From Candidatus Woesearchaeota archaeon (GTDB taxonomy: Archaea; Nanobdellota; Nanobdellia; Pacearchaeales; GW2011-AR1), in NCBI GenBank assembly GCA_964495875.1, contig CAZBWB010000001.1, positions 10,269 to 74,268 on the forward strand: a stretch of DNA of 64,000 nucleotides. Reading direction: 5' to 3'. The notes beneath the pieces were generated by a model. That model had not been told where the DNA came from. It saw nothing but the letters and a program-made list of their open reading frames with translations, and searched no databases. Made by a program: the position numbers and the translations under genes. Below, in pieces: positions 56,455 through 63,819 of the stretch. The first letter of the stretch is position 1, and each line of letters starts with the position of its first letter.

Positions 56455-56676
56455 ATGCCGAAAAAAATTATAAAAAAAGGAAAAAAACCGCACAGAAACA
56501 AACCTACGAGCAAGAAATATACTAAATATAAAATTGAAGGTGACAAAGTCACAAAAGAAAGATGTTGCCCTCGGTGCGGTCCTGGTATTTTCTTAATGAA
56601 ATCTCAAGGAAGAGTTTACTGCGGTAAATGTCATTATTCTGAATTCGAAGGAAAAGAAGAATCTCCAAAAAAATAA
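56455..56676 (+). CDS. rps27ae: Ribosomal protein eS31 (S27ae)
   Basis: CPRCGPGIFLMKSQGRVYCGKCHY. Confidence 0.85.
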   Translation: MPKKIIKKGKKPHRNKPTSKKYTKYKIEGDKVTKERCCPRCGPGIFLMKSQGRVYCGKCHYSEFEGKEESPKK

Positions 56677-56682
56677 TTATAA

Positions 56683-56735
56683 CCCTGGGAGATTCTTCAA
56701 GCCGTCAAAAAGATGACCTGAAGCCTCTCCTGGGG
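56683..56735 (+). ncRNA. Long imperfect hairpin (about 19 bp) directly downstream of rps27ae
   Basis: CCCTGGGAGA/TCTCCTGGGG (includes two G-U pairs that work only in plus-strand RNA), CTTCA/TGAAG, GTCA/TGAC, loop AAAAGA. Confidence 0.4.
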
Positions 56736-56817
56736 AAAAAGAGGTGATAGAATATTCAATACTTAGTTCTATTTAAATCTTTCTATTTTGTTACCCTTCG
56801 AAAATGACAAGCGGTAA

Positions 56818-56903
56818 TTCACTAAAAGTAGTGAAATAATTTTTTTGTTAGGCACTACATATTCTTTTTTGTAGGCACTACTTATAAGAAAAATAGGCAC
56901 TAC
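56818..56903. promoter_or_regulatory. CACTA-motif array upstream of scpA: one palindrome plus three direct repeats
   Basis: TTCACTA-aaag-TAGTGAA (56818-35). TAGGCACTAC at 56849-58, 56872-81 and 56894-903 (period 22-23 bp). scpA ATG at 56938. Confidence 0.5.
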
Positions 56904-56937
56904 AAACAATTATAAAATCATATTAATTATATAATAA

Positions 56938-57816
56938 ATGGAAAAAAAAGAGATAAATTCAGTAAAACAGGAACAAATTCACAATTTACTTTTTAATCGG
57001 GAGTTGGGATGGCAGGAAATAATCTATGATCTGATTAACACAGAGCAATTGGATGCTTGGAATATTGATATTATCGTCCTCGCAGACAAGTATTTGGAAA
57101 AAGTTAGGGAAATAGAAGAAGCAGATTTTTTTATTTCAAGTAAAGTATTGCTCGCAGCATCATTACTTCTGAGAATTAAAACAGAAATTCTCTTAAATAA
57201 ATATATAAGAAACATTGATGAAATTTTATTCGGAAAAAAAGAAGAAAAGAAAACTATTTTGGAAAGAATCGAATTGGACGAACAAATTCCAGAGATTATT
57301 CCAAAAACCCCTATTCCAAGATTCAAAAAAGTAACATTGCAGGAATTAATAGAATCTTTAAATAAAGCAATCACAACAGAGAACAGGAGAATTAAAAAAG
57401 AAATTATAAATCAGAATGCCTTAAGACAAAGTTCCTTTTTCCTTCCAAAAAGAAAGTTTAATATTAAAGATAAAATAAAGGAAATTTATGATAATCTGTT
57501 CAGACATTTAAAAGATGAGGGAAAAAAGAAAAAAATTTCATTTACTGAATTAATCGGAGAAAACAAAGAGGAAAAAATCATCTCTTTTCTTCCTTTGCTG
57601 CATCTGGAAAATCAAAAGAAAATCTGGCTTGAACAAGAAACTCATTTCGAAGAAATTTATATCTGGCTTAAAGAAATTTTTCTCAAACATAATCCTGACC
57701 CCTTTGCTGAATTAAGAGAAGAGATTGAAGAAGAAATTAAAGAACTCGACGAAGAGCAGAAAAAAAGATTAGAAAAAATTAACAAAGAATTTGAAGAACC
57801 AATCGGAGGGATTTAA
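56938..57816 (+). CDS. scpA: Segregation and condensation protein A (kleisin)
   Basis: WNIDIIVLADKYLEKV....FFISSKVLLAASLLLRIKTE; a C-terminal winged-helix region. Confidence 0.8.
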   Translation: MEKKEINSVKQEQIHNLLFNRELGWQEIIYDLINTEQLDAWNIDIIVLADKYLEKVREIEEADFFISSKVLLAASLLLRIKTEILLNKYIRNIDEILFGKKEEKKTILERIELDEQIPEIIPKTPIPRFKKVTLQELIESLNKAITTENRRIKKEIINQNALRQSSFFLPKRKFNIKDKIKEIYDNLFRHLKDEGKKKKISFTELIGENKEEKIISFLPLLHLENQKKIWLEQETHFEEIYIWLKEIFLKHNPDPFAELREEIEEEIKELDEEQKKRLEKINKEFEEPIGGI

Positions 57817-57826
57817 AAATTCTTAA

Positions 57827-58198
57827 TTAAAAAAGAGATTCTATATCTTCTGCTACTTTTATTTTAGTTTCTTTAGGTTCTTTTTCACAATTTGGGCAAT
57901 ATGGAATATATTTTGTTTTAACCTTTCCACCACCAACAGTTCCATCAAATTCTCCAAACCAATGTGGTTGCTTTTGCTCTTTAAATTCTATTTCTGCTCC
58001 ACAACCATAACAATGTGGAGTGAAATCTCCCTGTTTTGCTTGAATATAAATAATCTCTCCGTTTTTATAATACCAGTTTTTATTATCTCCTACACAAAGA
58101 ACTTGTATATCTCCCCATTTCGCTTTTTTCCATTCAGGTTTTTTTCCAGCAAATTTTTCTTTGGATAATTTCTCAACAAGTGCATTAGACATATTCAT
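57827..58198 (-). CDS. Hypothetical zinc-binding protein
   Basis: 123 aa; HCYGCGAE ... YCPNCEKE. Confidence 0.45.
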   Translation of the reverse strand: MNMSNALVEKLSKEKFAGKKPEWKKAKWGDIQVLCVGDNKNWYYKNGEIIYIQAKQGDFTPHCYGCGAEIEFKEQKQPHWFGEFDGTVGGGKVKTKYIPYCPNCEKEPKETKIKVAEDIESLF

Positions 58199-58287
58199 TT
58201 AACAGATAAACTATTTTTAAACATATACGTGATTTATTATATATTATAAAACATTAACTCTAAAAATGAATAATTCTTGATTTTTTC

Positions 58288-58959
58288 ATGAAACTCGCAG
58301 TTTTATTTTCAGGAGGGAAAGACAGCTGTTATTCAGCTTATCTGGCAAAACAAACAGGACATGAATTAGCATGTCTTATTTCGGTTTTTTCCAAAAATCC
58401 AGAGAGTTATATGTTCCACACGCCATCAATTTCTTCAGTAAAACAACAGGCAGAAGTTATGGAACTGCCCCTGATGATTTCAAAAACCAAAGGAGAAAAA
58501 GAAAAAGAATTAATTGATCTTGAAAAAGCAATAAAAAAAGCAAAGGAAAAATACAAAATTCAGGGAATTGTTACAGGTGCTCTGCATTCTGTTTATCAGG
58601 CATCAAGAATTCAAAAAATATGCGACAGATTAAAAGTGAAATGCATTAATCCGCTATGGCACAAAGATGAAATAGAATATCTGAATAATCTGATAAAAGA
58701 TAAATTCAAAGTAACAATAACTGGTGTCTTTGCATATCCCTTAAATAAAAGTTGGCTGGGCAGGATTATTGACAAAGAGTTCATTGAAGAAGTCAAAATC
58801 CTAAAACAAAAATATAAAATCCATGCTGCAGGTGAAGGCGGAGAATTTGAAACATTTGTGCTGGATTGCCCTTTGTTCAAAAAACCATTGAAAATAAAAT
58901 CATTCAGGGACTTTAAAGAAGGCGAGAATAGTTTTAGAAGAGAGATTAAGGTTGAATAA
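58288..58959 (+). CDS. dph6: Diphthine-ammonia ligase-like PP-loop ATPase (MJ0570 family)
   Basis: MKLAVLFSGGKDSCY, AAGEGGEFETFVLDCP. Confidence 0.75.
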   Translation: MKLAVLFSGGKDSCYSAYLAKQTGHELACLISVFSKNPESYMFHTPSISSVKQQAEVMELPLMISKTKGEKEKELIDLEKAIKKAKEKYKIQGIVTGALHSVYQASRIQKICDRLKVKCINPLWHKDEIEYLNNLIKDKFKVTITGVFAYPLNKSWLGRIIDKEFIEEVKILKQKYKIHAAGEGGEFETFVLDCPLFKKPLKIKSFRDFKEGENSFRREIKVE

Positions 58960-59013
58960 TCTCAATGAGTTGTATATCTCAAATTTTATAAACGGATAAT
59001 CATTATAATAATT

Positions 59014-59385
59014 ATGAAAAAGAGGCGTTCAAAAATAAATTTCCGTCCTCCGAAAAGTGTTTGTGATGCTGCAAAAAAAGGACTGGAATTAAGAAAAAAA
59101 TTTAAGAGAGGCGGATTAAGTTCCCAGGCTGCAGGAAAACTCGGAATAGGCTCAGGGATAATTAGGGCATCAAATCTCGCAAGAGGAATGAATATTTCTC
59201 CCAGAACAATTCAGAGAATGTCAAATTATTTCAGCAGGCATCAGAGAGACAAACGTCCTGGATGGAGCAATCCTAAAAATCCCTCAAATGGTTATATTGC
59301 ATGGCTTCTCTGGGGAGGCGATGCAGGACGAATCTGGGCGAATAAAATTTTGAGAGAAATGAAAGGGAAAAAGAATTCTAAATAA
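59014..59385 (+). CDS. Hypothetical basic protein
   Basis: 123 aa; ...NISPRTIQRMSNYFSRH...GYIAWLLWGGDAGRIWA. From memory only, this pattern reminds me of virus/prophage-associated proteins. Confidence 0.5.
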   Translation: MKKRRSKINFRPPKSVCDAAKKGLELRKKFKRGGLSSQAAGKLGIGSGIIRASNLARGMNISPRTIQRMSNYFSRHQRDKRPGWSNPKNPSNGYIAWLLWGGDAGRIWANKILREMKGKKNSK

Positions 59386-59454
59386 GACAGAAATTGTTAA
59401 AAGCAGATTATCATTAAATAATTCATGAGAACAAGAGAATTTGATTATTATATA

Positions 59455-59535
59455 GGGTTATGGCGTCCGTCAATCCTACTCCCCACACCATCGCAAAGCG
59501 TATGTGGCTTTCGTCAGGTCGCGTCCCCCTGCATG
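59455..59535 (+). ncRNA. GC-rich leader or possible small RNA upstream of module B ORF
   Basis: GC-rich patch between two TATA-like boxes (about 59445-54 and 59537-45). Direct repeats GCGTCC (59463, 59521) and CGTCA (59468, 59512). Hairpin CCACA 59483-87 / TGTGG 59503-07. Confidence 0.3.
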
Positions 59536-59585
59536 ATTTATATAATAGGTGTCGGGAATAGCTGGAGGCAGGAAGTAGAAATAAA

Positions 59586-60071
59586 ATGATTTTTGAAATT
59601 GATGTTTCAGGTGAAGATATTTTAAGTAAAAATTATTCAATCTGTATTGCTAATAAAGATGGAATTATTAAAGGTTTTAAATTTAATGAAAAGTTAGTAA
59701 AAGATTTAAGTTCAAGATATGGACAAGAGTTTTACCGGTATAAAAAATCTCAAAAAGAAAAGACCTTATTTAAAATTAGAATTTATTGCATAGCTATTTA
59801 TTATATATTTAAATCAATAAGGATTAAAGGGAATTTATCCTTAGTTATATGCAGAGATTTTGATGGAAAAGAAAATGATATAAAGGAGAATTTAAAATTT
59901 TTTATAGATAAAAAATTAAGACTAAAATTAGATAATATTAATTTTACAAGATTAGATAAAGATTCAACTGCTCACAGATATGCTTTTTTAATGAGAAAAG
60001 ATAAAAAGAATAAATTGCCTGTTTATACTAAAATAATATTAAAAGATTTTGAGGAATTTTTAAAAAAATAA
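59586..60071 (+). CDS. Hypothetical small protein with an RNase H/RuvC-like residue pattern (module B); paralog of 1823-2317
   Basis: 161 aa; EIDVSGED, KGFKF, VICRDFDG, LKFFIDKK, STAHRYAF. Confidence 0.55.
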   Translation: MIFEIDVSGEDILSKNYSICIANKDGIIKGFKFNEKLVKDLSSRYGQEFYRYKKSQKEKTLFKIRIYCIAIYYIFKSIRIKGNLSLVICRDFDGKENDIKENLKFFIDKKLRLKLDNINFTRLDKDSTAHRYAFLMRKDKKNKLPVYTKIILKDFEEFLKK

Positions 60072-60072
60072 A

Positions 60073-60164
60073 GTACCAAAGGGCACTACGAGAGTGTCGC
60101 TGCCCTAGATTGCCCTTCTGGACTAAGCCGAAGCCTACCAGATGAACTCCCTAGCAGTTGGTAC
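60073..60164 (+). ncRNA. GC-rich structured RNA element B, same architecture as 2327-2395
   Basis: Closing helix GTACCAA 60073-79 / TTGGTAC 60158-64. AGGG 60080-83 / CCCT 60149-52 with 3' bulge AGCAG. Internal hairpins CACT/AGTG and TCTGG/CCAGA. Starts 2 nt after the ORF stop. Confidence 0.45.
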
Positions 60165-60190
60165 ATATACATACATACATACATACATAT
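60163..60190. repeat. (ACAT)n microsatellite
   Basis: ACATAT followed by five perfect ACAT units (60169-60188), then AT. Confidence 0.85.
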
Positions 60191-60225
60191 AAATGTTTCG
60201 GTAGTAAACACTTTTATGAATATTA

Positions 60226-60308
60226 TTACAGCCTTTCCCAACTTTCCCCACCACTTTTCATATTCTTAACTTTAAACTTCCCGCTGGCAACTTCTTTCTT
60301 GCCAAAAG
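60226..60308 (-). pseudogene. hisS: Decayed duplicate of the hisS 3' terminus
   Basis: 60257-60303 matches 61024-61070 at 42/47 nt. It translates to FGKKEVASGKFKVKNMKSGGESWERL*, against VGKEEVASGKFKVKDMKSGGTRELRI* in the intact gene. Confidence 0.7.
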
Positions 60309-60312
60309 AAAT

Positions 60313-60657
60313 TTAGCCGTTAAAACCTCTCTCCCCTAAATTTCTCAAAATATTTTTTATTTCATTAATTGTTTTTTGTTGGGATTTTTTATCAGACATC
60401 CTTATAAATTTAATAACTAAATTCTGTAAATCATTTATGTTTAGAAGTTTAATTTCAAACCCGTTTGTAATAAAATAAAATCTAAAATTCTCATATTTTA
60501 ATTCCTTGATTAAAATTCCCCTAATCTGGCCCAATTTTTTTCCTTTATTCGGGTTTTCTTTTAAAGAATAGAGCAATTTGAATATTTTTTTGGACTTTTT
60601 CTTAAATTTTTTAAAAATCTCTTCTTTAAGACTTTCGGTAATTATTACCTCGGCCAT
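60313..60657 (-). CDS. RelE/ParE-superfamily-like toxin
   Basis: 114 aa; NPNKGKKLGQIRGILIKELKYENFRFYFI. A 13-nt overlap with the upstream antitoxin-like gene. Confidence 0.55.
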   Translation of the reverse strand: MAEVIITESLKEEIFKKFKKKSKKIFKLLYSLKENPNKGKKLGQIRGILIKELKYENFRFYFITNGFEIKLLNINDLQNLVIKFIRMSDKKSQQKTINEIKNILRNLGERGFNG

Positions 60658-60851
60658 TTTTTCTCTGCTTCTGCAATGGCTTCTTCAATTGTTACACAGC
60701 CCTCTCTTGACATCAGAACATCCTGCAACAGTCTTTGTTCAGCACTTTTTAACAGCCTTTCTAAAATATCAGAGAAAGTTTCATTTTTCATTCCAAATTC
60801 ACTTATTTTTTCTTTTACTTCTTTGCTTACAGCAATAGTTGTTTTTTCCAT
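60645..60851 (-). CDS. Putative antitoxin
   Basis: 68 aa; N-terminal TTIAVSKEVKEKISEF (ribbon/helix-like), immediately upstream of the toxin-like ORF. Confidence 0.55.
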   Translation of the reverse strand: MEKTTIAVSKEVKEKISEFGMKNETFSDILERLLKSAEQRLLQDVLMSREGCVTIEEAIAEAEKKWPR

Positions 60852-60993
60852 TTTATAATTTATATAATCATTATAAATATTATATTATTTAGATCTTTTT
60901 ATATCTTTCCTTCCCCATTCTTCTCCTGTCTGAACTCAGAATTCTCACTTTCTAATCTCTCACCGCCGCTCACCTCACGCCAGCACTCGTCAT

Positions 60994-62121
60994 TTATATT
61001 CTCAATTCTCTCGTGCCGCCGCTCTTCATATCCTTAACTTTAAACTTTCCGCTTGCAACTTCTTCTTTGCCGACAAAAATAACTTCACTGATTTTTTTGG
61101 CATTTGCATATTCAAGTGCCTTTGACGGCTTGCCATAATAAATCATAACATTCTTTTCCTGTCCTCTCAATTTTTCTGCTAATTTTATTGCTTCTCTGTC
61201 CTGATTCAGAGAAATAACAAGTGTCCTGACTTTTTCTGATTTTATATCTGACAAAAGAGCTAATCTTTCAAGCCCAAAACTAATTCCAGTGCACTGCACA
61301 TTATTGATACTATAACTTCCTCCTGCGACAATTGTTTCTTTAATGTCTGACTTGATTTCAAAAACTGTTCCATTATAATAACTCAAACCACGAGCTAAAG
61401 TAGGCATAAATTCAACTTTCACACCATAAAACTTACAATATTTTTCAAGATCTGCAATTTCCTTGTATGAATCATATTTTTCAAAAAACTTTTTGGGATT
61501 TTTGATTATTCTCAAAACTTTCTCAGCCCCCAATTTTTTCAAGTTTGCTCTGACTTGTTTTTCAGGCAATTTATCAAGTTTATCAATTTCCCTAATAACA
61601 TCTCCTGCATTTTTAATTTTCAGTTCATTGATAATCTCATTTAATAATTTCCTGTTATTAAAATAAATATTAAATTTAATTCCCAACTTATCTAAAATAT
61701 CTTTTGTTAAAGCCAGAATTTCTGCCTCGTCCTTCACTGTGCTCCCGATAACATCAATGTCGCACTGCGTAAATTGCCTGAATCGCCTTGAACTTGCAGG
61801 CTCGTCCCTAAACACCGGTCCAATCTGATAACACTTGTAAGGAAGTTTTTTGTTCTTCATCAAACGTTTCAACTGGAATGTGAACTCATATCTCAGTGCA
61901 AGTTTTCTTCTGCCTTTGTCCTTTAACTTGTAAATATCACTGACAGCCTCGTCTCTTTTATTCTCGCCTTTTACAAATTCTTCATTCTCTATTACAGGAG
62001 TTTCAGCAGGCTCAAACCCGTATCTCTCAAAAATCTCAGCCAACAATCTCTTTATCTCTGCTCTCTTCTGAGCCTCTGCACCTGCATAATCATTGAATCC
62101 TTTTACTAAATTTGTGTTCAT
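60994..62121 (-). CDS. hisS: Histidyl-tRNA synthetase (short form)
   Basis: Class II aaRS; GFNDY, motif 2 FRDEPASSRRFRQFTQCD, GLERL, C-terminal anticodon-binding domain. 375 aa. Confidence 0.85.
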   Translation of the reverse strand: MNTNLVKGFNDYAGAEAQKRAEIKRLLAEIFERYGFEPAETPVIENEEFVKGENKRDEAVSDIYKLKDKGRRKLALRYEFTFQLKRLMKNKKLPYKCYQIGPVFRDEPASSRRFRQFTQCDIDVIGSTVKDEAEILALTKDILDKLGIKFNIYFNNRKLLNEIINELKIKNAGDVIREIDKLDKLPEKQVRANLKKLGAEKVLRIIKNPKKFFEKYDSYKEIADLEKYCKFYGVKVEFMPTLARGLSYYNGTVFEIKSDIKETIVAGGSYSINNVQCTGISFGLERLALLSDIKSEKVRTLVISLNQDREAIKLAEKLRGQEKNVMIYYGKPSKALEYANAKKISEVIFVGKEEVASGKFKVKDMKSGGTRELRI

Positions 62122-62732
62122 TTTAAAGATAGAGGTAAATACGATTTAATTGCTTTTCTTAATTGAGGTCTTGTCCATTTTTTTTGAAAAGTATCATAAC
62201 CCAAATTATTAAACTTAGGATATTTTTGACCAATAATTTTTCTGGAGTCAGTTACATCTAAAGCAATTATTTTTTTATTTTTTACTTTATATCTTTTCTT
62301 CAATAAAGGAACATGTCTTTTTCTGACAACAATAATCACATCTGCCCAGTCTACATCATCCTGGGTAAAAGGGTTGTCAGGATCCCCCCCAAGCCTTCCC
62401 CCAATTCCACCAAATCTTGTTTTGTATCCTTTATTTTTCAGATATGAGGAGAGATATTTGCTTCTGTTTGATCCCTTAGAACATATGCACAAAACTTTGG
62501 TTTTCATTTTCCTCGTCTTTAATTTATTTATCCGGATTATAAGAAAAACAGTTGCGGTGATGATAATATAAAGCACGATTAGATAGAATGTTAATGTGAA
62601 CAAGACTACTACAAATTTATCATTAGTTCCTACTTTACCTGCTAGGAACATGGGCAAGAAAAGCAAAATAAGTAAAATTCCTCCAAAGATTCTCCAAGCC
62701 AAATCAATTCTTCTTGATGTTTTCTTTTTCAT
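62118..62732 (-). CDS. Membrane-anchored low-molecular-weight phosphatase-like protein
   Basis: Two N-terminal TM helices, then VLCICSKGSNRSK (a C-x5-R-S P-loop). Confidence 0.45.
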   Translation of the reverse strand: MKKKTSRRIDLAWRIFGGILLILLFLPMFLAGKVGTNDKFVVVLFTLTFYLIVLYIIITATVFLIIRINKLKTRKMKTKVLCICSKGSNRSKYLSSYLKNKGYKTRFGGIGGRLGGDPDNPFTQDDVDWADVIIVVRKRHVPLLKKRYKVKNKKIIALDVTDSRKIIGQKYPKFNNLGYDTFQKKWTRPQLRKAIKSYLPLSLK

Positions 62733-62768
62733 TTATCTTCCCCTCCTTTTCGATTCTCCACTAAAAAG

Positions 62769-62933
62769 GGTGGAAGGAGAGAATCGAACTCTCGTTTTGC
62801 GGATTTTGCTAGCAATTTCACATAACACAAAATCCGTAAACTGCTCCTGACCTCGCTCAAAGTCAAGGGCAACCGGAAGTTTCGCGAAATCACTCGCCAC
62901 AACCACACGTTCTGCCATTAAACTACATCCACC
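62769..62933 (-). tRNA. tRNA-His(GUG) with genomically encoded G-1 and a ~93-nt intron
   Basis: G(-1)GTGGATG-TA-GTTT-AATGGCA-GAAC-G-TGTGG-TTGTGG[intron]..CCGCA-AAAC-GAGAG-TTCGATT-CTCTC-CTTCCAC-C. G-1 sits opposite C73. Confidence 0.8.
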
Positions 62934-63081
62934 ATAGTTTAATTGAATTGAACTTAATTTATAAGGTTTTTCAGAATAAAGATTAGTTAATATGACTGGG
63001 TTTTCTATGTTAATTATTTTTATAAATTGAGTGAGTTTACGAGCGAGCAAACTAAAAGCACAGCTAAAGAAACCTTCTGCT

Positions 63082-63276
63082 TTAGTGATGGGGACAACCA
63101 CCGATTTTTTCCATAATTATATTTCCTTCTCTTTCTTTCTTTTTCCTTTCTTTAGGGTCAGCCCATTCTTTTAATGCTTGCATCTCTTCTGGGGTAGGAA
63201 TAAAATTTATACTATTATATGTTCCACTATTAATTCTTCCTTCTATTTCACAAATGAGATATTGATTTCTTGTCAT
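63082..63276 (-). CDS. Hypothetical protein
   Basis: 64-aa ORF; no motif recognised. Confidence 0.35.
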   Translation of the reverse strand: MTRNQYLICEIEGRINSGTYNSINFIPTPEEMQALKEWADPKERKKKEREGNIIMEKIGGCPHH

Positions 63277-63306
63277 AAAATTTTCATGAGAAAAGAGTTT
63301 TTAAAA

Positions 63307-63759
63307 TTATTCTTTAGGTCTAATAAGATCTTCCCCTGTCTCAGGATCTTTTATAATCTCCAAATAATCATCTTCAACCATCATGTCAATTATATCTTTT
63401 GCGACTGATTCTAATGTGTGAAAAGCAGGTTGTAAACCCCGAAAATCTTCATGAATCTTACAAACAGCCCTACCTACAAATCCTCCAATAGAATATTCTC
63501 CGAGCCAACAATCTTTTTCTTTATCAAATCTAAATTCATAAAGTATTTCATAACCTTTATTCTCATATCTTTTTCTAAACTCCAATTCAGAATCTGAAAT
63601 TTTCCCATTAATATCAGAGTTTCCATAATAATCTAGGAGACCTCCCTCAATCGAACTTTCTACATCTTCATTTTCCCTCATAAAAGACCCTCCAAAAGGA
63701 ACAATACCTCGAGGAACTCTCTCAAAGAATAATCCTGAAATTGAATAAAGACTACCCAT
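63307..63759 (-). CDS. Hypothetical protein
   Basis: 150-aa ORF; no motif recognised. Confidence 0.45.
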   Translation of the reverse strand: MGSLYSISGLFFERVPRGIVPFGGSFMRENEDVESSIEGGLLDYYGNSDINGKISDSELEFRKRYENKGYEILYEFRFDKEKDCWLGEYSIGGFVGRAVCKIHEDFRGLQPAFHTLESVAKDIIDMMVEDDYLEIIKDPETGEDLIRPKE

Positions 63760-63819
63760 TTTTAGAATAAAGAAATGGTATTTTTAAAAATTTATATACT
63801 TATGTAAATTATATTACTC

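Noticed and set aside
56683-56735. The hairpin starts with CCCTGGG, complementary to the acceptor 3' strand of the orphan tRNA fragment, which might make it a candidate 5' tRNA half.
   Set aside because: The segment pairs with itself end to end and has no D-arm or anticodon-arm features. The 7-nt complementarity is probably coincidental.
56849-56903. Three evenly spaced direct repeats, considered as a mini-CRISPR array or an origin (ORB) cluster.
   Set aside because: The repeats are only 10 bp long with 12-13-bp spacers, far below CRISPR dimensions. No cas genes, no orc1/cdc6 and no resemblance to ORB consensus as I recall it.
59455-60164. GC-rich flanks of module B, considered as halves of a known ncRNA (RNase P RNA, SRP RNA) split by an ORF-containing intron.
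   Set aside because: I could not find the conserved RNase P CR-I/CR-V strings or the SRP helix-8 GGAA/AGCA context on either strand. The combined length is short for either RNA. This needs an Rfam scan to exclude formally.
62733-63101. 122-aa track ORF on the minus strand.
   Set aside because: It overlaps the intron-containing tRNA-His gene (62769-62933). Its reading frame is made from tRNA and intron sequence, so it is most likely spurious.
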